DNA of 64,000 bases from Candidatus Harrisonbacteria bacterium (GCA_016214655.1 JACROC010000005.1:195078-259077), one strand, 5' to 3'; numbered from the stretch's first letter, positions 27,986 to 34,980 are shown. The notes: generated by a model not told the origin, from the sequence alone. Translations and numbers: made by a program.

Positions 27986-27996
27986 CCCCCCCCCCC
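27986..27996. repeat. homopolymeric C11 (G11 on minus) tract in the 40-nt RT/avd divergent intergenic region
   Basis: The sequence gcg-ccccccccccc-gac lies 25 nt upstream of the RT ATG and 6 nt upstream of the avd TTG start. Confidence 0.9.
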
Positions 27997-28001
27997 GACT
28001 T

Positions 28002-28370
28002 TTGCCGCTAATCCAGAAAACTAAGGACGCCTATCTGCTTTGGTATGGCTATTACCAAATCCTGCCTAAACTCCACCGGCACTCTCTAGGTCAGAAAGTT
28101 GATACTCTTTTTGTTGAAATTATAGAAATGCTCTCAACAGCCAATTTTCTTATCAGAGAAGAAAAATTGCCCTATGTTCGTGTGGCTATAAGAAAAGCAG
28201 ATACGCTGAAGATATTTTTAATGATGCTTTGGGAAACTAAATCGCTGGATAATAAAAAATACATCGCATTATCAACACAAATAGGCGAAATAGGCAGAAT
28301 GCTAGGCGGTTGGAGCGGCCAGCTTATCAAACAAGCTCAAGATAAACAAAACTCTCCTGACAAAAAGTGA
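28002..28370 (+). CDS. avd: DGR accessory variability determinant (Avd, four-helix-bundle family)
   Basis: The 122-aa ORF starts at TTG. Its C-terminal helix TQIGEIGRMLGGWSGQLIKQAQDKQ resembles Bordetella phage bAvd AEVGRILGSWIARVNRKGQ. It is encoded on the strand opposite to RT, TR and VR. Confidence 0.75.
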   Translation: MPLIQKTKDAYLLWYGYYQILPKLHRHSLGQKVDTLFVEIIEMLSTANFLIREEKLPYVRVAIRKADTLKIFLMMLWETKSLDNKKYIALSTQIGEIGRMLGGWSGQLIKQAQDKQNSPDKK

Positions 28371-28388
28371 GGAGAGAAATGAAGAGAG

Positions 28389-28514
28389 TTTCGAGAACGG
28401 CAGACGGATCGTTAACATTCCAGTCGTTGTCAAGCCAGTTGTAGTTCCAGTTCCACCTGCCATCGTTCCAGTACAGATACAGGACGTAGCGGTTGCCATT
28501 CGGGTTCCGAAGAA
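28389..28514 (-). repeat. DGR template repeat (TR), 126 nt
   Basis: It is 111/126 identical to the VR. All 15 mismatches are T on the plus strand, which is A on the minus sense strand. The minus-strand translation is Asn-rich (RNPNGNRYVLYLYWNDGRWNWNYNWLDNDWNVNDPSAVL), the AAY-codon signature of TRs. Confidence 0.85.
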
Positions 28515-28783
28515 TTATATGGAATATCGTCTGTGCCACCACCCCTTGAATACTCTTAGAGTTGTATCGTATCCGGTATATCATTCAGTAGAATGACCTA
28601 CTGGGTTAATACCTTAATATTCCATACCAAGTATCTTCATTTTTTGTTGAAGTGTCTGCATACACCACTCTATCCGAAACCGTGATCGCGGATACTCCCG
28701 ATGTATGGATACTGGGTTCGGTAGCGGAAAACCGTAATCGTCCGCGTATTCACCTACTGCCAAATTTATTTTAGCAAAAAAAT

Positions 28784-28817
28784 AATCCCCTGCACAGGCT
28801 TGCCTGTGCAGGGGATT
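28784..28817 (-). terminator. 15-bp perfect hairpin (aatcccctgcacagg-cttg-cctgtgcaggggatt) downstream of the VR, with a U-run on minus
   Basis: The stem-loop sits about 55 nt 3' of the target-gene stop. It is followed on the minus strand by UUAUUUUUUU. It resembles the conserved GC-rich hairpin found 3' of the VR in DGRs and also acts as the target-gene terminator. Confidence 0.6.
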
Positions 28818-28870
28818 CTAAGGGCTAAGTTGCAAAGGGCATACAGTGCAAAGTAACCCAGTACTGAAGA

Positions 28871-29506
28871 CTAACTTGCGAGAACGGCAGACGGACCGTC
28901 AACATCCCAGTCGCTGCCAAGCCAGTTGCAGCTCCAGTGCCACCTGCCATCGAACCAGTACAGACACAGGACGTAGCGGTCGCCATCCGGGTACCGAAGA
29001 ACCGTTCCATCAAAGAAGATGAAACGGATGTTGCCGTTCACCTTCTCTTTCCACGATTCGGGGATGAGGAGCTGGTTCTCCCAGAGCGTCTGGAAGACCT
29101 TGGCATCCAGGCGGATGTGACCCGCCTTCTTCAGCCGTTTCAGCTTTTCCTCACCGGTGATCGACGTCTCGTTCGGATTGAGCATCGTCTCGAAGCGGAC
29201 CTTGGACAGGTCGACTTCGGTGAGCGCCTCCGAACGGGCGTCCGTGTCTTCGCCGACAACCGACCAACCCTTGCCGATGAAGGCGACGGGGTCGAACGGC
29301 TTGGCGCGATCGATCTTCAGGATCTTCGGTTCCCCGACGAGGACCTTTCCGCCGTTCTTGAGGAAGGCAGTGAACTGCTGTCCCGCCTGACGAGGGTCGT
29401 TGATGATTTTCTGGATGGTGTCGCTATCCAGATTGTCCCAGTCTGCGTTGTTAGCGAGGACTGAGAACAGGTTGAGGGACTGACCGGTAGTGATGGCTTT
29501 TCCCAT
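28871..29506 (-). CDS. DGR target protein (variable C-terminal domain; likely C-type-lectin/FGE-like fold)
   Basis: The 211-aa ORF is preceded by AAGGAG about 8 nt upstream. Its C-terminal 41 aa (RYPDGDRYVLCLYWFDGRWHWSCNWLGSDWDVDGPSAVL) are encoded by the VR. The gene body is about 57% GC against about 37% for the adjacent RT. Confidence 0.85.
   Translation of the reverse strand: MGKAITTGQSLNLFSVLANNADWDNLDSDTIQKIINDPRQAGQQFTAFLKNGGKVLVGEPKILKIDRAKPFDPVAFIGKGWSVVGEDTDARSEALTEVDLSKVRFETMLNPNETSITGEEKLKRLKKAGHIRLDAKVFQTLWENQLLIPESWKEKVNGNIRFIFFDGTVLRYPDGDRYVLCLYWFDGRWHWSCNWLGSDWDVDGPSAVLAS
28876..29001 (-). repeat. DGR variable repeat (VR), 126 nt, ending 5 nt before the target stop codon
   Basis: It is the counterpart of the TR. 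On the sense strand the 15 differences are A to G x10, A to C x2 and A to T x3. The 3' end of the VR (CTCGCAAG) diverges from the TR (CTCGAAAC), as expected for IMH versus IMH*. Confidence 0.85.
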
Positions 29507-29701
29507 TTCCGTTTCTCCTTTTTATCCGTTGCCTGACCGCCGTCCGTATTTGGCAGCCATAGCCAGAAAACCTCAATATTTAAGGGCTTTTGGCTATGGC
29601 CATCTTACAAATTACTAAATATAGTATAGCACTATTAGAGCTATTTTGTCAAGTTCGCCGTAGATAAACTACAATTATTTTTAACAACTAATATGAGGAA
29701 A

Positions 29702-29799
29702 TAAAATAAGGTTTTTGGATATTCAGGCTGGCGGTGGGATCGATTTCGCTCCCTTTAGGGAGCTTTATAAATATAGGCGATATCCAAAAACCTTATTTT
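29702..29799. repeat. 20-bp perfect inverted repeat (aaaataaggtttttggatat / atatccaaaaaccttatttt) enclosing a 58-nt loop with an inner hairpin (gctccc-ttta-gggagc)
   Basis: It lies between the DGR target gene start and the stop of the upstream nucleotidyltransferase gene, whose stop it overlaps. Confidence 0.6.
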
Positions 29800-30551
29800 G
29801 TTTCCGAATCCCACTCTTTAATGGCTTTTTCCCAACGCTGTAAATTCCCACAGTCATGCCACTTCCCTTTTGATTTATAAGCCGCAAGTTTTCGTTCGGC
29901 GGCAAGCTTCGGAAAAAGGTCCTTTTCAATCATTAAAAATTTTTCACCGCTTTGTATTTTGTCGCTTAAATGTTCACGCACTTTCGGGTCAATTAAATAA
30001 AGACCCGAAGAAATAAAATTTGTCGGCGGATTTTCCGGTTTTTCCAAAAAACTGTGGATGTGATCGCCATCGCAAATTAAAACACCATACTCCTGCGGAT
30101 TTGATACTTCCACTGCCGCAATAGTTGCCAATCCTCCGACCTTGCGATGGTGGGCCGCCATTTCAGTCAAATTTACCTCTTTTAATTCATCGCCATTAGT
30201 TAAGAAAAATGGCTCACTGCCAGTCCAGGTATGTAGCTTATGTGCCCAATAGCCAAGCGTACCCATTGGCTCCTCCTCAACCATCAAATTTACCCACACG
30301 CCGCCAAGGTCATTCTGCCAACGCCGCAACCACCAAGAAAAATCTTCAAAATCACCTTGCCTGACCGTAATAGCAACTTCTTCTATGCCATGCTTTTTAA
30401 ACATCTCGATCAAATAATTTATGATCGGTTTTTTATTGACAGTTAAAAGCGGTTTTGGAGTTTCCAAGGTCACCGGATAAAGACGAGCGCCTTTCCCGCC
30501 GGCTAAAATTATTGCTTTGCGAACTTTCTGCATATTATTAAAATACAACAA
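29793..30551 (-). CDS. sugar-phosphate nucleotidyltransferase (RfbA/GlmU-N-like)
   Basis: The N-terminal signature KAIILAGGKGARLYPVTLETPKPLL is that of the NTP_transferase family. Confidence 0.75.
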   Translation of the reverse strand: MLYFNNMQKVRKAIILAGGKGARLYPVTLETPKPLLTVNKKPIINYLIEMFKKHGIEEVAITVRQGDFEDFSWWLRRWQNDLGGVWVNLMVEEEPMGTLGYWAHKLHTWTGSEPFFLTNGDELKEVNLTEMAAHHRKVGGLATIAAVEVSNPQEYGVLICDGDHIHSFLEKPENPPTNFISSGLYLIDPKVREHLSDKIQSGEKFLMIEKDLFPKLAAERKLAAYKSKGKWHDCGNLQRWEKAIKEWDSETK

Positions 30552-30751
30552 ATTTTAAGTAATAAAAGTCATAGAGCTAATTTTGCTAATATCCGTCGCT
30601 TTCTTCCGTGCGGCAATTACGGAACCCTGAAATACTTGGATTTTTGCGAAGCAAAAAATTTCAGGGTGAGGCATAGGCGCTCCGATCCGCAGGAGATCGA
30701 AGACGCCGGTGCCGGTAGGAAGAAAGCAATGGATATAAATAAAAATTAAAT

Positions 30752-31090
30752 AAAAAAAGGCCGGGGAAACCGATGTCGCGTTACAGGCGACTGGTTTCCC
30801 CGGCGGGTAAAACGTTGGCAACGCCCCATCTTAAGCCGTGTATAGGCAGGATGGATAGCGTTGCCAAAATTGGCGGTCGGAAAATGCACTTGGCACTTCA
30901 GGGGGTCGAAGTTTACCTTGGCCCCCTTACTATGCACGCCTTTTGCTCAATTGCCCCCACTTTAGAATAAAGGGGCGGGAGTCGGATGGTTGGCGACCTG
31001 GGAGGATTTCTGCGATCGCCGCGCTAAGGCTCCCATTGAGCAGTCAGGTACCCGCGAAATTATTTGCCTTTCGTGGGTTGCATTTTCCGA
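30752..31090 (-). ncRNA. candidate structured ncRNA or long structured leader (class unresolved)
   Basis: This ORF-free block is about 55% GC. A 14-nt long-range complementarity (GGUCGGAAAAUGCA at 31075..31062 with UGCAUUUUCCGACC at 30889..30876) encloses about 170 nt. It ends in a strong minus-strand terminator (GCCGGGGAAACC...GGUUUCCCCGGC then U7, plus 30752..30804). No T-arm is present. Confidence 0.35.
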
Positions 31091-31317
31091 CCAAATCAAA
31101 GAACGAACTGTAAATATACAATAGCATACTATAAAATTTTGTCAATAGTGACAAATCTTAGAATGGGTTATATAATTTACAATAAATTTGAATAAAGTAC
31201 CCCGTATAAATTTTACTCTTGGATATAGTAAAGATAAAATTTATACGGGATGCTCATTTTTGCAGCCAATCGGGCTGCGTTAGTAAATTAACTTGCCCTC
31301 TTGGGCAAAAATGGCAC

Positions 31318-31893
31318 ATGCTAAGCTACAACGAATTAAAAATTGGAACGATGTTCAAGTTTGAAGGAACTCCGTATGAGGTGCTGGATTATGAGTTCCT
31401 CCGGATGCAACAGAGAAAACCGGTCGCCAAGACTAGGATTAAAAATCTGCTTACGGGCCAAGTAATTGAACGAAACTTCCACCAAAATGAATCGCTGGAA
31501 TCCATAGAAATAGACAGGCAGGAGATCGTCTACTTATACAATAATCGCGGTGAGTTTTGGTTCTGCGAAAAAGGCAACCCGAAGAACCGCTTCAAACTGG
31601 AAGAATCCAAAATCGGACCGGCTGCAAAATTCCTAAAATCAAACAGCGAAGTCACGGCTGTAAAACTGGATGACCAGATTATCAGCGTTAAAGCGCCGAT
31701 TAAAATTGATTTGAAAATTACCGAAGCGCCTCCAGGAGAACGAGGCAACACTGCCCAAGGCGGAAGCAAGCTGGCTACCGTAGAAACTGGCGCTCAAGTT
31801 TATGTGCCGCTCTTCGTAAACACGGGTGATGTCATACGGGTAAATACAGAAACCGGACAATACGTTGAAAGAATGGAAAAGTCCAAGGAATAA
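31318..31893 (+). CDS. efp: elongation factor P
   Basis: The sequence KIGTMFKFEGTPYEVLDYEFLRMQQRKPVAKTRIKNLLTGQVIERNF has the KOW-like and OB domains of EF-P. The ORF track starts at 31219, but the Met at 31318 gives a canonical protein of about 190 aa. Confidence 0.85.
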   Translation: MLSYNELKIGTMFKFEGTPYEVLDYEFLRMQQRKPVAKTRIKNLLTGQVIERNFHQNESLESIEIDRQEIVYLYNNRGEFWFCEKGNPKNRFKLEESKIGPAAKFLKSNSEVTAVKLDDQIISVKAPIKIDLKITEAPPGERGNTAQGGSKLATVETGAQVYVPLFVNTGDVIRVNTETGQYVERMEKSKE

Positions 31894-31895
31894 CT

Positions 31896-33521
31896 TTATT
31901 CTTGTTCACCCATATCCTCAAAATCATCGTCTAATGTGTCGGCAGAACTTAAGGCCTTTGCCAAAGCGGATTTTAAATCAGTAATATCCACCTTTTTCTT
32001 TTCTTGCTTCGGCACTTCCGGCATAGCTGGTTTTGGGATTACCGGTACAACCGGTTTTGGCATTGTCGGAACGGTCTCCTTTGGCGCCACCCCAGAAAAA
32101 GGTTTCGGTGGGCGAGACGATAAAGATTTGCGCCGCTCCGGACTGCCGACAAAAGAATCAATCGGCTTTAAAACTTTGATCAACGGCAGTTCGCCTTTTC
32201 TGGATATCTTTTCTTCTGCCGCCCTTTCTCCCCCCGCCATCCATTCCCCGGCTATTTTTTCTTCAACAATTTTTTTCGGGGTGCTATATTCTCTCCGACT
32301 ATTTTCTATAATTACATCTTTAAAATTTTGATCCGGTATTTTATAAGGAGAAATACCAGTTGCCGAGAACGGCCGGGAAGAAATGCCGTCAATTAAAAGT
32401 TTGATATAAAAATTATGTTTTGGGAGATTTACGAAGTCATTGGCCATAAAATCCGGCTGAAATTCCTTTTCCAAAAATTCCGCGTCTTCAGCGCCGATTC
32501 TATAAGAAACTATCGTCCCGACATTGCCAAAAATAGCATCCCGGACTTTAGTATTGGTGTCATGAACCAATTGCCGGATATATTGGTGGGCCAGAATAAG
32601 ACAAAGGCGATATTTTCTGGCTTCAGATAAAATATTAGCAAAAGAATCAGTAGCGAAATTTTGAAACTCATCAACATAAAGATAAAAGTCTTTGCGGGCG
32701 CTCTCCGGAATATCCACCCGGGACATGGCTGCCAGCTGAAGCTTGGTAATAATCAGAGCGCCTAAAAGTGCTGAATTATCCTCTCCAATTTTTCCTTTAG
32801 ATAAATTTACAATCAAAATTTTTCCCTCGTCCATTATTTTCCGCATATCAATAGAAGACCGGGACTGGCCCAAAATATTACGTATGAGCGGATTAGTAAC
32901 AAACTGTCCAACTTTGTTTTGAATTGCGGCGGTGGCCTCAGTTTCAAATTTCTGGCTGTATTTTGCAAATTCATTTACCCAAAAACCTTTTACTACCGGA
33001 TCTTTTAAGCTATCCACAACCTTTTTACGATAATCTTTGTCATTGAGCATACGCATAATCCCAAGCAAAGTAGAGCCGGGATACTCAAGTAAAGCAAGTA
33101 GGGTATTATTTAAAATGTATTCCATCCGAGCAGACCAAAGATCAACCCAAATTTTTTTAAATACACCCATGATTCCGGATGCTACTAAATGCCGGAATTC
33201 AGTCCCAACCTGCTCTAAAGGATTAAAAGCAATCGGATAATTCATGTCTGAAGGATCTATATAAACCACATCTTTAATACGCTCTGCCGGAACAAAATCC
33301 AGCAATTTTTCAGCAAATTCGCCGTGCGGATCCACTACTCCAACACCTCGGCCAGAAAGAATGTCGGCAATCACCATATTCTCTAAAAAAGTCGTTTTCC
33401 CCATTCCAGTTTTCCCGACCACATACATATGGCGACGGCGGTCATCCATTTTAATACCAAATTCTATCTGCCGGTTACGGAAGTTGATTATACCAAAGGG
33501 GGTTATTTCATCTTTAATCAT
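31896..33521 (-). CDS. FtsK/TraG/VirD4-like P-loop ATPase (type IV secretion/DNA-translocation coupling-protein family)
   Basis: Walker A reads YVVGKTGMGKTT and Walker B reads FYLYVDEFQNF. It is 541 aa with a Pro/Lys-rich acidic C-terminal tail. It is co-oriented, with a 22-nt gap, with a membrane-protein gene. Confidence 0.65.
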   Translation of the reverse strand: MIKDEITPFGIINFRNRQIEFGIKMDDRRRHMYVVGKTGMGKTTFLENMVIADILSGRGVGVVDPHGEFAEKLLDFVPAERIKDVVYIDPSDMNYPIAFNPLEQVGTEFRHLVASGIMGVFKKIWVDLWSARMEYILNNTLLALLEYPGSTLLGIMRMLNDKDYRKKVVDSLKDPVVKGFWVNEFAKYSQKFETEATAAIQNKVGQFVTNPLIRNILGQSRSSIDMRKIMDEGKILIVNLSKGKIGEDNSALLGALIITKLQLAAMSRVDIPESARKDFYLYVDEFQNFATDSFANILSEARKYRLCLILAHQYIRQLVHDTNTKVRDAIFGNVGTIVSYRIGAEDAEFLEKEFQPDFMANDFVNLPKHNFYIKLLIDGISSRPFSATGISPYKIPDQNFKDVIIENSRREYSTPKKIVEEKIAGEWMAGGERAAEEKISRKGELPLIKVLKPIDSFVGSPERRKSLSSRPPKPFSGVAPKETVPTMPKPVVPVIPKPAMPEVPKQEKKKVDITDLKSALAKALSSADTLDDDFEDMGEQE

Positions 33522-33543
33522 ACGCTAGTATATTGATATCGCA

Positions 33544-34836
33544 TTATCTAATTGGTAAATTTCCAGGCGGTTCGCCTTTCCTAGTTTCTAAACGGCGCAA
33601 CAGCGGCGCCTCAACAGTAACCAAAGGAAAATGGAAGATGGTTGCCAATTCTTCGGTATTCAAAATAGAAAATTTCGGCGGAAACCAGCGCAATTTATAC
33701 ATATCGTAAATCAAACGCTTGCGATAATGCAGTTTTTGCCTGCGAAACCAGCTTTTGGTGGTTAATTTTTTGCTGGTAACAAAAGTAACGGTTTCCGAAA
33801 TTAAACCCAATTTATTCATGTCTTGAGTACTGAATTGTTTAAAAGCGCCCTGAACCGCGGCTACATTAGCCGGTGAAAAACTGTCTTGCCGGTCAATGTA
33901 AATAAAGCGAATTGCGGTTTCAAACCCAAGCTTAGAAATTTTATTTTCTACCCCCTCCAAGATATTTTTTTCTCCGGGTGATAAAGCGAGTATCTTAAAT
34001 TTTTCTTCTTTTTTTTCACCCCCCGGCCAAGTTGGAACTTCTGTCGGAGCAATTGTTAAATTCCTTAAAAAAATAAAAAATTCTTTGATGAGTGATTCAA
34101 GAATGCCGGCCGGCTTCTCTTTTTTCCGCTGCATTATTTTATCCCTGATTTCTTCACCTTCCTTTTTCCAATAATCAGAGACTGGGCGAATCAAATATTG
34201 CAGCCAAATCGCCTCCCCTTCTTTAAGGCGGGACATAACCTCCGTAATAGCTGCTAACGGATCCAAACGCTGTTCCTCAACCTGGGCCTCGAAAAATTCA
34301 TAAGTCCTGATAGGATACGGGCTTTCTTTCGATAAAACATAGTCATTGCCCCACAAGTCATAAACCTCGTTGGGCAGCACGTCCGGCAAAAGGCCGGTAT
34401 AATCTTCCGCTTCAGCAAATTCCGCGTCCGGATATTCCGAATAAATCGCCGATTCTATAAGATTACGGTGGCGTTTTGTACAACGGACATAAAAATGGAC
34501 GCCTCCGGCATAACCCACCAGCTCAAAAGTAAACCAAGACAAATCAGTACCGCTCAAATACCTGTCCTCAAAGGTCATTTCAGTGGCATAAACCGCATGG
34601 AGCGCGGAAAAAATATTTTCCATTGCTTTGGGAGTTTTCAAGATATTTCTGGGAATCTTGATCTCCAGCATCACCCACTCAATACTTTTTTTCCACATCC
34701 GGTTCAGCCCCCAGACCCAAAAACCCTTCCAGACGAAAAATAAGCCGAGGGGCAAAATTGCCCACCAGCTGATTGAAATTACCCGCCAAATATTTTTAAA
34801 AATCTCCAGCTCAAAAGCCAATAGATCAATGCCCAT
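33544..34836 (-). CDS. membrane protein partner of the TraG-like ATPase
   Basis: The 430-aa ORF has two N-terminal TM helices (WWAILPLGLFFVW / GFWVWGL) followed by a large soluble domain. It is in an operon with the ATPase. Confidence 0.55.
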   Translation of the reverse strand: MGIDLLAFELEIFKNIWRVISISWWAILPLGLFFVWKGFWVWGLNRMWKKSIEWVMLEIKIPRNILKTPKAMENIFSALHAVYATEMTFEDRYLSGTDLSWFTFELVGYAGGVHFYVRCTKRHRNLIESAIYSEYPDAEFAEAEDYTGLLPDVLPNEVYDLWGNDYVLSKESPYPIRTYEFFEAQVEEQRLDPLAAITEVMSRLKEGEAIWLQYLIRPVSDYWKKEGEEIRDKIMQRKKEKPAGILESLIKEFFIFLRNLTIAPTEVPTWPGGEKKEEKFKILALSPGEKNILEGVENKISKLGFETAIRFIYIDRQDSFSPANVAAVQGAFKQFSTQDMNKLGLISETVTFVTSKKLTTKSWFRRQKLHYRKRLIYDMYKLRWFPPKFSILNTEELATIFHFPLVTVEAPLLRRLETRKGEPPGNLPIR

Positions 34837-34897
34837 ATCAGTGACCTCTAATTAAATATCTTTAATAAATTGAAATCTTGATTTTGTATCAAGTTCC

Positions 34898-34980
34898 AGG
34901 CACGACGACGAAATTGTGGTGATAACCACATTGTTGCTCGTCGGAAAGGTAGGTAACCCTACGATTTCCTCCTCGCGCCT
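34898..34980. repeat. structured intergenic repeat family, copy 1 (AGGCaCGACGACGAAAt - hairpin gtggtg-at-aaccac - GTTGCTCGTCG ... CTCGCGCCT)
   Basis: It shares boxes with copies at 39646 and 59709. The hairpin stem differs by compensatory changes. Confidence 0.6.

Larger units (their letters stand above)
26984..29799 (-). mobile_element. diversity-generating retroelement cassette (RT, Avd, TR, target gene with VR, flanking structured elements)
   Basis: See the component features. The TR/VR pair shows adenine-specific substitution, the RT carries the LGNLTSQ motif, and an Avd homolog is present. Confidence 0.85.

Noticed and set aside
28302-28499. ORFs 28302..28499 (-), 28327..28584 (-), 28825..29013 (-) and 28937..29464 (+) in the DGR region, including near-duplicate peptides MATATSC...
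   Set aside because: They are alternative-frame or antisense readings of the TR and VR repeats and of the GC-rich target gene. Their duplication simply reflects the TR/VR identity. The only real CDS there is the target 28871..29506.
30555-30970. Small ORFs 30555..30821 (-), 30746..30937 (-) and 30773..30970 (+)
   Set aside because: They are overlapping, mutually exclusive frames within the second GC-rich structured block. There is no coding signal.
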